Shown piece after piece: positions 1-9,598 of a stretch of 64,000 nt of DNA (its first letter is position 1; each line of letters opens with the position of its first letter). Origin of the DNA: an uncultured Acidobacteriota bacterium (lineage in GTDB: Bacteria > Acidobacteriota > Thermoanaerobaculia > UBA5066); NCBI GenBank assembly GCA_963801475.1, contig CAWDEX010000003.1, positions 80,904 through 144,903 of the forward strand. The letters run 5' to 3'. The notes below the pieces were generated by a model. The model had not been told where the DNA came from. It saw only the letters and a program-made list of their open reading frames with translations, and did not search any database. Position numbers and translations under genes: made by a program.

Positions 1-686
1 ACTTCGAGGTGGCCTACAACGATGCGCTCGCGCGCGCCACGACCCCGCTGCTGGCCTTCGTCGACACCGATGTCTTCTGGGTCTCGCGGGAAATCTGGGG
101 GCGAGTGCTCAGGAAGTTCGAACGGCCGGGCGTCGCGGCCGTCTCGTGCGTATCGCGCGAGGGCATCGGCAGCCCCGGGACCTTTGCCGTCGTGATGAGG
201 GTGGCGGCGTATCGCGACGCGCTACGTTCGGTCCCGGGAGGCTTCCTCCCGTTCGCCGAGCGCGAGGCATCGGGCCCGCCGCCGGGCCGCTGGATCGGCC
301 ACGATACCGGGGACCTCGTCGCCCGCGCCGTGCAGGCTTCAGGCTTCGAGGTCGAGTTGCTGCACCTCGAGAAGCAAGGCGACGTCGTGCGCTTTGATGC
401 GATCACCAACACGCGCCTGATCCGCGGCTGGACGGGGGAGGGGCCCTTCCTCGAGCTGGCCGTCCGGAAGCCCTACTTCCGCCGCGGCGCCCTGGGGAAC
501 CTCGTCCTCCATTCCCTCCATGATCGTCTCTTCCGGGACGGGCCGCGCTACGTGCCGCCGATTCCGGCGGGGAGGCTCTGGAGTGCGCTGGTCAGCCACC
601 CTCGCACGTTCCTTCGCGCCGTGGGGGAGTGGATTCGCTTCCGTGAGGGGGCCCGGCGAATCGAGCGGTTCCTGGCGGGCCCCTAA
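1..686 (+). CDS. 5'-truncated glycosyltransferase-like protein (possible GT2; C-terminal fragment entering the window)
   Basis: The ORF is open from the window edge, with its stop at 686. It has an 'LLAFVDTDVFW' DxD-like motif and no other recognisable signature. It overlaps the stop of the convergent GT4 gene by 4 nt. Confidence 0.3.
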   Translation, partial: FEVAYNDALARATTPLLAFVDTDVFWVSREIWGRVLRKFERPGVAAVSCVSREGIGSPGTFAVVMRVAAYRDALRSVPGGFLPFAEREASGPPPGRWIGHDTGDLVARAVQASGFEVELLHLEKQGDVVRFDAITNTRLIRGWTGEGPFLELAVRKPYFRRGALGNLVLHSLHDRLFRDGPRYVPPIPAGRLWSALVSHPRTFLRAVGEWIRFREGARRIERFLAGP

Positions 687-1801
687 CGGGACGAGACGAC
701 CTCCGCGTAGATTCTCTCGAAGCTCACCGCCGTGTGATCGGCGTCGTGCGCGAGGGCGAAGGCGCGCGCCCTGTCCCCCATCCGCCGCCGCCCCTCGCCA
801 TCGCGGAGGAGGGCGAGGATCCCCGCGGCGAGGGCGGCGTCGTCGCCCGACGGCACGGCGAGCGCCGCCTCGGGCGCGAGATCCGCGACGAGGCCGACCG
901 CCGTGCCGACCGTCGGAAGGCCGCAGAGAGCTGCCTCCAGGACGGCGACGCCCTGCGCTTCGTGGAGAGACGACTGGACGAAGAGAGCGGCGTGTCGGAA
1001 CAGGGGGACGAGCTTGCTCGAAGTGAGCGTGCCGTGAAAAGTGACACGGGTCCCGAGGCCGAGACGGCCGGCTTCGGCCTGGACGGCGCCCTCGAGCGTG
1101 TCTTCGCCGGCGACCTCGAGCGTGACTCGCGGCTCGGCGTCGACGACCCGCCGGAGGGCCCTGAGAAGCGTCGACTGGTCCTTGACCCGGTTCAGGCTCG
1201 CGACGTGGAGGAGCCGGAAAGCACTGCGTTCTTCCGGTTCACCGGGCGAAAAGAGGGAGGTTTCGGCGCCGAGGGGGACGACCTCGGTCGGGACGCCGAG
1301 AGTCGAAAGTCGCGCGGAGAGGTAGCGAGACCCGGCGGTCACGCGGACCGCCCGCGACAGGGCGAATCTCGTCTTGAGCCGTTCCCTCGGGAAGAGCCAG
1401 CCGCCGTAGCCGATCTCCGGAAGCGTGGTGACCTCGCCTCCCGCCACGTGGACGACGAGCGGCGTGCGGCTGCGAAGCGTCGCGAGGGCCGCGAGGGCGG
1501 CGGGCGACCCCGCCCAGAAGGCATGGACGACGTCGACCGGGCCCGCCTCCGCGAGGAGGCGCGCGAGGCGGGGAGCGGCGCGGAAAAGGCCCGTTCCGGG
1601 CAGGCCGTGTCCGGGCAGGCCGAGGTTGTGGACGGTCGCTCCGAGCAGGGGCCAGGTGCCGGGCTCGGCCTCCTGCCTCAGGGCGAAGACCCGGACGTCG
1701 TGCCGTCTGGCCAGACGCTCGATCAGGGAGATTAGAGCCGGAATGACGCGCTCGCTTCCCGACCTGTCGACGCCGCCGGGGACGACGAGAGCAATCCGCA
1801 T
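683..1801 (-). CDS. GT4-family glycosyltransferase
   Basis: 372 aa with the two-Rossmann GT-B architecture. The C-terminal region 'HVASLNRVKDQSTLLRA...EAQGVAVLEAALCGLPTVGTAVG' is typical of the GT4 EX7E region. Confidence 0.7.
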   Translation of the reverse strand: MRIALVVPGGVDRSGSERVIPALISLIERLARRHDVRVFALRQEAEPGTWPLLGATVHNLGLPGHGLPGTGLFRAAPRLARLLAEAGPVDVVHAFWAGSPAALAALATLRSRTPLVVHVAGGEVTTLPEIGYGGWLFPRERLKTRFALSRAVRVTAGSRYLSARLSTLGVPTEVVPLGAETSLFSPGEPEERSAFRLLHVASLNRVKDQSTLLRALRRVVDAEPRVTLEVAGEDTLEGAVQAEAGRLGLGTRVTFHGTLTSSKLVPLFRHAALFVQSSLHEAQGVAVLEAALCGLPTVGTAVGLVADLAPEAALAVPSGDDAALAAGILALLRDGEGRRRMGDRARAFALAHDADHTAVSFERIYAEVVSSR

Positions 1802-1810
1802 GGCGGGATG

Positions 1811-2977
1811 CTACCGGGCTCTTCGCGACGCCCGCTCCTCGACCAGCGCCCGGTACGCCGCCTCGGCCTGCCGTGAGATGGCGCTCCAGCTGGCGATCTC
1901 CTCGAATCGCCGTCGGACGGCCCGGCGCGCGTCGGCCGTGGACCGCGAGGCCCCGAGCCGCAGGGCGGCAGCGCAGGATTCCGCGTCCCCTGCCGGGAAG
2001 AGCTCTCCCGCGGCGCCGGCATTCGTCAGGAGGCGGTGCGGCGGGATGTCGCTCGCCACCGGGAAGGCCCCGCATGCCATCGCTTCGATGAGGGCGTAAT
2101 TCGATCCTTCGTCGGGACTCGAGGTCAGGAAGAGATCGGCCGCCGAGTACCAGGCCGGAAGCCCTTCGTGAGGAAGACGCCCCACGAGCCGGATTCGTTC
2201 CGTGAGACGCGGCGAGGAGGCGCGAAACGCCTCGACCTCGGCCAGACGCGGAGCCTCGGCATAAGCCATCGTCAGCGTCGCGCCGGGGAGGCTCTCGAGA
2301 GCACCCGCGAATCCGCGGAGCGCCGTGACCGGGTCCTTCCTCGCGTGAAGGCGTCCGACCCAGAGAATGGCGGGATCTCCGTCGAGGCCGGTCGCCGCGC
2401 GGGCGGCGTCCCGTGCGAGGGGCGCGAAGTCGCACGACCCTTCCACCACCTCGAACACCGGCCTCGCCGCAAGAACGCCTTTCTCCCGCCACGGCCGGCC
2501 GATCGCCTCGGCTGTGAAGAGGAACCCGTCGGCGAACGGATGGACGAGGCGCTGGAGACGGCCCCGCCAGCCTTCCTCCGGGCTCCCGCCGTGGTGTTGG
2601 ACGGCGAAGACGGGGCGCCGCGCCGTCAGCGCCAAAGACGCGGCGAGCTGGACGGGAAAGAGAAACCCGTTCCAGTGGACGACGTCCGGCCGATACGCGC
2701 GGAGAAGAGCGAGGAGTTCCGCCGGACGCGTCCGGGGCGTGGCGAGGTGCGCCTCCGGGTCGTCGGCGCGGAGATGGTACGAGACGCCGTCCCGGACGAG
2801 GTCCTCGTCGCGATGGAAGCGCTGAAAGGCCGTCGCGGAGACTCCCGGGCGCGCCGTGAGCGACTCGCAAAACCGTGTCGCGGTCGGAAGACGATCGAGC
2901 AGGCTCGCGCCGTCCGGTGCGTCGGAGAAGGCGAGGTTCACGTACGCGACGCGGAGACGGTTCAAGGTCCCTGTCAC
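1811..2977 (-). CDS. GT4-family glycosyltransferase
   Basis: 388 aa. The C-terminal 'GRLHARKDPVTALRGF...SPDEGSNYALIEAMACGAFPVASDI' matches the GT4 nucleotide-sugar binding region. It lies in tandem with the preceding GT4. Confidence 0.65.
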   Translation of the reverse strand: MTGTLNRLRVAYVNLAFSDAPDGASLLDRLPTATRFCESLTARPGVSATAFQRFHRDEDLVRDGVSYHLRADDPEAHLATPRTRPAELLALLRAYRPDVVHWNGFLFPVQLAASLALTARRPVFAVQHHGGSPEEGWRGRLQRLVHPFADGFLFTAEAIGRPWREKGVLAARPVFEVVEGSCDFAPLARDAARAATGLDGDPAILWVGRLHARKDPVTALRGFAGALESLPGATLTMAYAEAPRLAEVEAFRASSPRLTERIRLVGRLPHEGLPAWYSAADLFLTSSPDEGSNYALIEAMACGAFPVASDIPPHRLLTNAGAAGELFPAGDAESCAAALRLGASRSTADARRAVRRRFEEIASWSAISRQAEAAYRALVEERASRRAR

Positions 2978-3047
2978 CGTAGACGATTCCCGGCGTGACT
3001 TCCAGCGCGCCGCGCGGGCCAGCAGCGTCCGTATACTGGCTCGCTCG

Positions 3048-3713
3048 ATGAAGACGGTCCTGGCGCCGGACGCGGCGTACCGCCTCTGGGCCCCGACCTA
3101 CGAGGAGGCCGGAGCGCTAGCGGCGCTGGACGAGCTGGCGCGGACCCGCCTCGACCCCGAGCCCGCGCCGCCGCTCCTCGACGCGGCGTGCGGAACCGGC
3201 CGCCGCCTGAAGACGGCGGCGGGAGGGTGGCGCCGCGAAGCCGCCGGGATCGACGCCGTCCTCGAGATGCTCCGCGCGGGTGGGCCCGGGGGACCGGTCG
3301 CCGTCGCGGATCTTCGAAGGCTTCCCTTCGGGAGCGATTCGTTCCGGACGGCCTGGTGCCGACTCGCCGTCGGCCACCTCGGCGATCTCGCCGGCAGCTA
3401 CCGCGAGCTCTCGCGCGTCCTGTCGCCCGGAGGGCATCTGCTCGTCACCGACTTTCACCCGGAAGCGGCCCGGCGGGGAATGGCCCGGACCTTCCGGAGC
3501 GGGGGAGCGGTCTGGGAAGTTGAGCATCACATCCACGAGATCGCGGCTCATCGGCGGAAAGCCGCCGCCTCGGGTCTCGAGATCGAGGACGTTCTCGAAC
3601 TGGCCGTGGGAGAGGACGTGCGCCCCTTTTTCGACACGACGAAAGCGGTCGGGCTGTACGAGCGGGTGAAGGGCTTGCCGGTGCTTCTGGCCCTCCGGAT
3701 GCGCCGTGACTGA
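3048..3713 (+). CDS. class I SAM-dependent methyltransferase
   Basis: It carries the 'LLDAACGTGRRL' SAM-binding motif I. The first ATG that does not overlap the upstream GT4 is at 3048; the track ORF 2856-3713 extends spuriously upstream. Its stop overlaps the start of the amidohydrolase by 8 nt. Confidence 0.6.
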   Translation: MKTVLAPDAAYRLWAPTYEEAGALAALDELARTRLDPEPAPPLLDAACGTGRRLKTAAGGWRREAAGIDAVLEMLRAGGPGGPVAVADLRRLPFGSDSFRTAWCRLAVGHLGDLAGSYRELSRVLSPGGHLLVTDFHPEAARRGMARTFRSGGAVWEVEHHIHEIAAHRRKAAASGLEIEDVLELAVGEDVRPFFDTTKAVGLYERVKGLPVLLALRMRRD

Positions 3714-4917
3714 GGCGACCCTCCCGACCGGGACGCGGCCGGCTCCTCCGGTCGCGGTGGTCCTGGCGGGGATCCGGGTCGTCACGCCGAGCGGCGTCTA
3801 CCCGGGCCCGCTGAGGATTTCCGGGGGGATCGTGGACGGCGGGGCGCCGCGGCCCGGCGACCGCGTCGTCCGCCTCGAAGGACACCTCGTCCTCCCCGGG
3901 CTCCTGAACGCGCACGACCACCTGCCGCTCAACGCCTTTCCGGAGGTGCCGGACCTGGGGACGTTCGGGAACGCCGCCGACTGGATCGACGCCCTTCGAC
4001 CGGTCCTCGACTCGATCCCGTTCCGCGCGGCGCGGGCGATCGACCCGGAGGTCCGCGCGCGTCACGGGGCGCTGAAGAACCTCCTGGCGGGCGTGACGAC
4101 CGTCGCCCACCACGATCCGTGGCTCGACCCGATGGGGGGTGCGGACTTTCCGGTCCGCGTTCTCTCGCCCTATGGCTGGTGTCACTCGCCGCGCCTCGCC
4201 GGACGGTACGGTCCCGGCCTCGAGGAGAGTCACGCGATGACGCCGGCGGGCGCCCGATGGTTCATTCACCTCGCCGAAGGGACGGACGGGGAGGCCCGGG
4301 GCGAGGTGACGCTTCTCGACCGCCGGGGGCTCCTGGGTCTGGAGACGGTCGCCGTCCACGGCGTCGGATTCAGCGAGAAGGACGTCGCACGGTTCCTCGC
4401 GGCCGGCTCTTCTCTCGTCTGGTGCCCGTCCAGCAACCTGAAGATCCTCGGGAAGACGCTCGACCCCGGCCCCGTCGCGCGGGCGGGCCGCCTCGCCCTC
4501 GGGACCGACTCCCGGCTGAGCGGCTCGAGGGACCTGCTCGACGAGCTTCGCGCCGCGCGCGACGCGTCCCAGCTGCCGGCCGCCGCCCTTCTCGGGCTCG
4601 TCACGACGAATGCGGGGGAGGTCCTCGGCCTTCGGGGCGCCGGAGCGCTCGAACCCGGCTCGCCGGCCGACCTCGTCGTTCTGCGGGACCCGGGCGGCGA
4701 CCCCTGCGAGGCGATTCTCGGAACGCGGCGCGCGGACCTCCGGGCGGTCGTCACCGGCGGCGTTCCGCGGGTTGCCGATACCGATCTTCTGACGTGGCTC
4801 TCGGCCGCGGGAGCCGCGCCGCGCCCGGCCCGGCTGGACGGAGCCGCCAAGCTCGTCGACGGGAGGATCTTCGCCGGTGAGGCGGCGGCACTGGAACCGG
4901 GGCTGACGCTGTCGTGA
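3706..4917 (+). CDS. metal-dependent amidohydrolase-family hydrolase
   Basis: 403 aa with an N-terminal 'LLNAHDHLPLN' HxH metal-binding motif, characteristic of the amidohydrolase/deaminase superfamily. It is translationally coupled to the upstream methyltransferase. Confidence 0.6.
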   Translation: MTEATLPTGTRPAPPVAVVLAGIRVVTPSGVYPGPLRISGGIVDGGAPRPGDRVVRLEGHLVLPGLLNAHDHLPLNAFPEVPDLGTFGNAADWIDALRPVLDSIPFRAARAIDPEVRARHGALKNLLAGVTTVAHHDPWLDPMGGADFPVRVLSPYGWCHSPRLAGRYGPGLEESHAMTPAGARWFIHLAEGTDGEARGEVTLLDRRGLLGLETVAVHGVGFSEKDVARFLAAGSSLVWCPSSNLKILGKTLDPGPVARAGRLALGTDSRLSGSRDLLDELRAARDASQLPAAALLGLVTTNAGEVLGLRGAGALEPGSPADLVVLRDPGGDPCEAILGTRRADLRAVVTGGVPRVADTDLLTWLSAAGAAPRPARLDGAAKLVDGRIFAGEAAALEPGLTLS

Positions 4918-4933
4918 GGCGAGGGCCCGCCGC

Positions 4934-6352
4934 TCAGGAGAGGGCCGGTTCGGGAAAGAGAAGCTGGCCGAGGGCTTTCTCGAGCGGGAGGGCGAAGACG
5001 TTCCGTTCGCATCGCCACCGCGCCACGCGCTGGAGGGGGCGCTTCCACGCCGTCGGCTCCGCGTAGCCGAGGCGCTGGTAGTACTTGTACCGCTCCACCA
5101 GGCGGTTCCGCTCGGGCGTCACCCAGGGGCTGTCGGCGTCGTAGAAGTCGAACCGGGCCCACTCGTCCAGCGTCTGCGGCGGACGGTAGCCGGCCCGCAC
5201 GGCCTCCTCGGTCAGGGGCGTCCCGGGATACGGCTTGAAGTAGAAGATCGGCGTCTCGAAGAGGGGACTCATCGCCCGGAGCCGCCGGGCCGCGTCGAGG
5301 CTCATCCGGATGCTCTCGTCGCTCTCGCCGGGAAAGCAGACGATGAACGGAAACTGGACCCTCACGCCGTGGCGAAGACACTTCTCGGCGGAGAGGAAGA
5401 CCTGCTCGAGGCGGATGTCCTTCCGGATCCGGTCCAGCATCTCCTGCGAGCCGCTCTCCACGCCGAGGAGGACGCGGCGGAGGCCCGAGCGCCGGACCTT
5501 GGACATCACCTCGTCCGTGAGGCGAACGCCCTGGTCCGCGCGCAACGTGGCCGCCCAGGAGATCGGAAGCTCCCGGCGGAGGATCTCCTCGGCGATCGCG
5601 TCGACGCGCGAAAGGGAGGTGAAGAAAGTCTCGTCCTGGAAGTTGACGTCGTCGAATCGATGGGTTCGGTGGAGCCGTTCCAGCTCCTCGCCGAGGCGGC
5701 CGGGAGCAAGGCCGGTCCACTGGCGCCCGTAGACGTACGGGTCGGCACAGAAGGCGCAGCGGAAGCGGCACCCCTGCGAGGCGATGTAGTCGATCTGCCG
5801 CTTGCCCTTCTTCTCGAAGTACCGTTCGACGGGGAGGAGGCCGTAGTCGTGCGGGGCGAAGCCTTGGACCGCCGCGAACGTCCGTGCCGGGTTCCGAACC
5901 GCCGTTCCGTCCGTGTCGCGGCAGGCGCACCCGGCGCAGCCGACGAGCGAAGTCCCGGCCGCGAGCCGCTCCAGGATCTCGACGAACGTCTCCTCGCCCT
6001 GTCCCTGGACGGTCGCGTCGACGGAGGGCTCCTCGAGGCATTCCGTCCCGAAGAGCGAAGGGTGCCAGCCGCCCCAGACGACGGGGAGATCCGGGAATCG
6101 CGCCTTCGCCGCCCGTGAGACGGCCAGCGCGTCGCGGATCGGCGCCCCCGTCAGGACCGAGACGCCGAGAGCGAGTGCGCCGGGGAGCTGCGCGAGAAGC
6201 GCGGCGACCGGGTCGTCCTCGAGCCGCCCGTCGACGATCACGACCTCGTACCGGTCCTTCGGCAGGTGCGAGCCGACGGCAAGCGGCCCGAGCGGCATCG
6301 TCCAGAAGACGGCGCGGGGGTTGTAGAGGACGACCTTCCGCCGCGCGCTCAT
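4934..6352 (-). CDS. B12-binding (class B) radical SAM protein, paralog A
   Basis: N-terminal cobalamin-binding-like domain 'KVVLYNP...MPLGPLAVGSHL', then radical SAM 'SQGCRFRCAFCADP' (CxxxCxxC). The start ATG is at 6350-6352 (MSARRK). The track ORF 4934-7237 has a spurious N-terminal extension that is antisense-overlapping the next gene. Confidence 0.75.
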   Translation of the reverse strand: MSARRKVVLYNPRAVFWTMPLGPLAVGSHLPKDRYEVVIVDGRLEDDPVAALLAQLPGALALGVSVLTGAPIRDALAVSRAAKARFPDLPVVWGGWHPSLFGTECLEEPSVDATVQGQGEETFVEILERLAAGTSLVGCAGCACRDTDGTAVRNPARTFAAVQGFAPHDYGLLPVERYFEKKGKRQIDYIASQGCRFRCAFCADPYVYGRQWTGLAPGRLGEELERLHRTHRFDDVNFQDETFFTSLSRVDAIAEEILRRELPISWAATLRADQGVRLTDEVMSKVRRSGLRRVLLGVESGSQEMLDRIRKDIRLEQVFLSAEKCLRHGVRVQFPFIVCFPGESDESIRMSLDAARRLRAMSPLFETPIFYFKPYPGTPLTEEAVRAGYRPPQTLDEWARFDFYDADSPWVTPERNRLVERYKYYQRLGYAEPTAWKRPLQRVARWRCERNVFALPLEKALGQLLFPEPALS

Positions 6353-7428
6353 CGCGGGGCCTCCGTTCCGGCGGGGACGGCTTCCCTCAGGTTCAGCCGG
6401 CAGATGCAGCGAACGCAGACCGGATTTGTGGCGACATCGAGCGCCTCGCGGAAGGTGCGGGCGGCCGGAGCGTTCACGAGCGTCCCGAGAGACTCTCCTT
6501 CCCCGAGCGTTCCGTACGACCGGTGGAAGAAGCAGGGCCTCACGGAGCCGTCGACCCCGACGACCGCGGAGACCCAGGGCGCATTGCATCGCGACGGGGG
6601 AGGCGGTGCCGCACCGGCGATCGTCGCGAAGTGCCCGAGGATCCGCTCCCGGAGCTTCGCCGGGCTCTCTTCGATGAAGCCGGACTCGAAGTCGGCGGCA
6701 TGCCGTCCGGCGAGGTCCTCGAGGACGCGCTCGAGCTCGGGAAGCTCCTCGGGAGACAGGGCGAGAGCGGACGCGGGCGTCTCGCCTCGCCCGCCGGGGC
6801 GGTTGAAAGCCTCGCTCGAGACGTCGACGGCGAGAAAGCTGATGTGCCGAAACGCCAGGATCTTCGCCGCGTCTACCGTGGCCGGAAGGTGCCGGAAGTT
6901 CCCCTTCTGGACCGTGCAGCGCCCGCCGACGGGAAGCGAAGGCCGCGCGGCCGAGAGCGCGGTCACGCCGGCCGCGATCCGGTCGAAGGCGCCGGGGGTG
7001 CCTCGCAGCGCGTCGTGCACTTCGCGCGGCCCGTCGAGGCTGACGATCACCTCGTCGACCAGGGGCGCGAGGAGATGCGCCTTCCGGGGCAGGAGGGTTC
7101 CCGAGGTCAGGACCGTGACCGCGACGCCCGCTTCCTTCAGGACCCGGCAGAGCCCGCCGAGATCCGGGTGCATCAGGGGCTCGCCCCCGGTCAGAACGAC
7201 GTTCGATACGCCGAGGCGCCGCCACTCCGGAAGCCATCCGGCGACGTCGGCAACCCGGATTTCCCGCGAATCCTTCACTTTCCAGATGTCACACATGACG
7301 CAGCGGCAGTTGCACCGGCTCTGGACCTCGAGGAGGAGGACCGGCAGCCGCGTCACCGGCTCCCGCTTCGGGAGGAGCGGCCCGGTGCCCGGCCGGCGGG
7401 CGGCGGTCCGGAGCGGCGCGGCGCTCAT
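6349..7428 (-). CDS. radical SAM protein with C-terminal SPASM/twitch-like auxiliary-cluster domain
   Basis: 'SRCNCRCVMCDIW' is a CxxxCxxC motif about 35 aa from the N-terminus. The C-terminus has 'CNAPWVSAVVGVDGSVRPC' (CX13GX4C) followed by 'CVRCIC'. The start ATG at 7428 (MSAAPL) overlaps the upstream stop by 4 nt (ATGA). There is no N-terminal RRE/PqqD-like extension. Confidence 0.7.
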   Translation of the reverse strand: MSAAPLRTAARRPGTGPLLPKREPVTRLPVLLLEVQSRCNCRCVMCDIWKVKDSREIRVADVAGWLPEWRRLGVSNVVLTGGEPLMHPDLGGLCRVLKEAGVAVTVLTSGTLLPRKAHLLAPLVDEVIVSLDGPREVHDALRGTPGAFDRIAAGVTALSAARPSLPVGGRCTVQKGNFRHLPATVDAAKILAFRHISFLAVDVSSEAFNRPGGRGETPASALALSPEELPELERVLEDLAGRHAADFESGFIEESPAKLRERILGHFATIAGAAPPPPSRCNAPWVSAVVGVDGSVRPCFFHRSYGTLGEGESLGTLVNAPAARTFREALDVATNPVCVRCICRLNLREAVPAGTEAPR

Positions 7429-8207
7429 GCCGCCCTCTCGAAGCGGAGAAGGACGTGATCGGCGAGATGCGGAAGGGGCCAGGCTCCCTCCAGCCGGCGC
7501 TCGGCGCGGTCGAGGGCGTCGAGGAGCCCGGGGTGACGGTCCGCCCACCGTCCCGCGTACGTGGGCGGAAGGAGTGCGCCGATCGCGCGCGCCTCGCGAA
7601 AATTGAAGCCGGGAGCGAAGGAGCGTCGAACGAGGCCGAGGCCCGGATAGACGACGGTCAGGCCGCGCCAGGCGACGCCGCGCCGCGAATACCGGCGAAA
7701 GGCCTTTCGCGCCTCGCCGTGGAGGAAGGACCATGCCCACTCCCAGGGCACCGCCCGTCCCATGAGGACGAGGACGAGAGGCGCGCCCGGGCGGAGTATC
7801 GAGGCGAGAGCGCGCGCCGGAGCGCTGAGGTCCGCCACGCAGTTCAGGGCGCCGAAATTCGAATACGCGCCGTCGAACGGGCCGTCCCGGAGGCCACCGA
7901 GCGCCTCGATCGGGCGCGTCTCGACGCGGACGCGGCCAGCCAGCCCCTCTCGGGCGACCTTGGCGAGAGCCGCGTCGGCCATGGGGGGAGAGGCGTCGAG
8001 CGCGTGCACCGAGACGCCGCGCGCCGCGAGATGGACCGCGTCCTCGCCCGTTCCGCAGCCGAGGTCGAGGACACGGGAGCCTCCAGGGAACGCGGCGTCG
8101 AGGTGCCGCCAGACGGCGCGCCGGAGGCGCTGGCCGAGCGGCGTCGCGGTGAACTCGGCGTCGTAGTTCGCGGCGAGGGCGTCGAAGGGGGAAGCGGCCG
8201 CGGTCAT
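7425..8207 (-). CDS. class I SAM-dependent methyltransferase
   Basis: 'RVLDLGCGTGEDAVHLA' motif I. ATG at 8207 (MTAAASPFD). It has 4-nt overlaps with both neighbouring genes. Confidence 0.65.
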   Translation of the reverse strand: MTAAASPFDALAANYDAEFTATPLGQRLRRAVWRHLDAAFPGGSRVLDLGCGTGEDAVHLAARGVSVHALDASPPMADAALAKVAREGLAGRVRVETRPIEALGGLRDGPFDGAYSNFGALNCVADLSAPARALASILRPGAPLVLVLMGRAVPWEWAWSFLHGEARKAFRRYSRRGVAWRGLTVVYPGLGLVRRSFAPGFNFREARAIGALLPPTYAGRWADRHPGLLDALDRAERRLEGAWPLPHLADHVLLRFERAA

Positions 8208-9598
8208 GCCTCGACCTCGCCCGCGGCCGCGAGGAGACCGTCCCGCGCCGTCCGGGCCTCGGCCCGCTTCGCGGCCGCGGCCGCCGGATCGGAGGCGTCG
8301 AGACGGTGCGCCTCGACCTCGCTCCTGAGCCACCGGTCGGCCTGACGGTAGTAGGCGCGGCTGTGCCGCCCGGCGATCCGGTGGTCGCGGTCCGTCGCGT
8401 CCTCCCAGGCCTTATCGAGAACGACGCGTCCGGCCACCTTCCCGAAGTAGCCGGTGTTCCGGATGGGATAGGAGACCGTCGTGAAGAAGACGTCGGGCCC
8501 CGCCTGCTTGACGTGCTCGATCGTCGCCTCGATGTCCTCCACCGTCTCGCCGTCGTACCCCCACATCAGGAACATCCCGACCCCGATGCCGTGTCGCTGC
8601 GCGGCCCGGGTGGCCCACCGCACCTGCTCCACGGTCACTCCCCGTTGCATGGCGTCGAGGATCCGCTGGCTGCCGCTCTCGGAGCCGATCCAGATCCGCG
8701 AGCACCCCATCGCCGCGAGGGTCTCGAGAACCTCTTCCTTCATCATCCGGTCGGCCCGCGAGATCGTCTCGAACGGGATCCGGAGTCCGCGGGACTTCAG
8801 CTCCCGCGCGTAGGCGAAGAGCCAGCCGTGCTGCAGCGTGAAGACGTCGTCGGCGTACCAGAGCTGGTCGGGGCGGTACCGGTCGCGGATCCGCTCGACC
8901 TCGGCGGCCACGTTCGCCGGCGAGCGGCGGCGGTGCGTGAACCCGAAGACGGCGTGCGAGCACCAGTCGCACTTGTACGGACAGCCCCGGGCGGTGATCA
9001 GGTTGACGCTTCCCGCGCCGTGGTGCCTCCTCCAGACGTCGACGTACGCCGCGGTGTCGATCGCCTCGCGGTCCGGATCGGGGAGGAGGTCGAGGTCGGG
9101 GATCTGCGCCCGCTCGCCGTTCGTCACGACGCGCCCGTCCCCGTCGCGAAAGACGGTCCCCGCGACGCCGTGAAGGCGGTGCGGCCCGCGGGCGGCGAGG
9201 GCGGGCAGGAGGTCCGCCATCGTCTCCTCCCCCTCGCCGAGGACGACGACGTCCGCGCCCCGTTCCAGGTACTCCGCGGGATAGTTCGCGCTCTCCGGGC
9301 CGCCGAGGACGACCGTGAAGCCGAGCGACTTCGCCCGGGCCGCGATCTCGACGACCGGCCGCCGCGTCATGAGGTTCGTGTAGAGGCCGAGGACCTTCGT
9401 CCCCGGCCACGCCTCCAATGCGGCGTCAAGCTCGTCCCTCGTCCGGAAGGTCGTGTCGAAGACCTCGACGGCGACGCCGCGGCTCTTCAGGAAGGCCGAC
9501 ACGTAGAGAAGACCGAGAGGCGGATACGGCTTCATGATCTGCCGCTCCTTCTCGTCCTCGGCGAGGAAGTAGCCGTGCGAGAGGAGAAGGTCGCTCAC
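8204..9598 (-). CDS. B12-binding radical SAM protein, paralog B
   Basis: 'LLLSHGYFLAEDEKERQIMKPYPPLGLLYVSAFL' B12-binding-domain N-terminus and 'TARGCPYKCDWCSHA' CxxxCxxC. The start is chosen as GTG 9598 (VSDLLL) by alignment with paralog D (MAGRRLLLAHSFFL), giving a GTGA overlap with the upstream gene. An alternative ATG lies at about 9535. Confidence 0.75.
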   Translation of the reverse strand: MSDLLLSHGYFLAEDEKERQIMKPYPPLGLLYVSAFLKSRGVAVEVFDTTFRTRDELDAALEAWPGTKVLGLYTNLMTRRPVVEIAARAKSLGFTVVLGGPESANYPAEYLERGADVVVLGEGEETMADLLPALAARGPHRLHGVAGTVFRDGDGRVVTNGERAQIPDLDLLPDPDREAIDTAAYVDVWRRHHGAGSVNLITARGCPYKCDWCSHAVFGFTHRRRSPANVAAEVERIRDRYRPDQLWYADDVFTLQHGWLFAYARELKSRGLRIPFETISRADRMMKEEVLETLAAMGCSRIWIGSESGSQRILDAMQRGVTVEQVRWATRAAQRHGIGVGMFLMWGYDGETVEDIEATIEHVKQAGPDVFFTTVSYPIRNTGYFGKVAGRVVLDKAWEDATDRDHRIAGRHSRAYYRQADRWLRSEVEAHRLDASDPAAAAAKRAEARTARDGLLAAAGEVEA

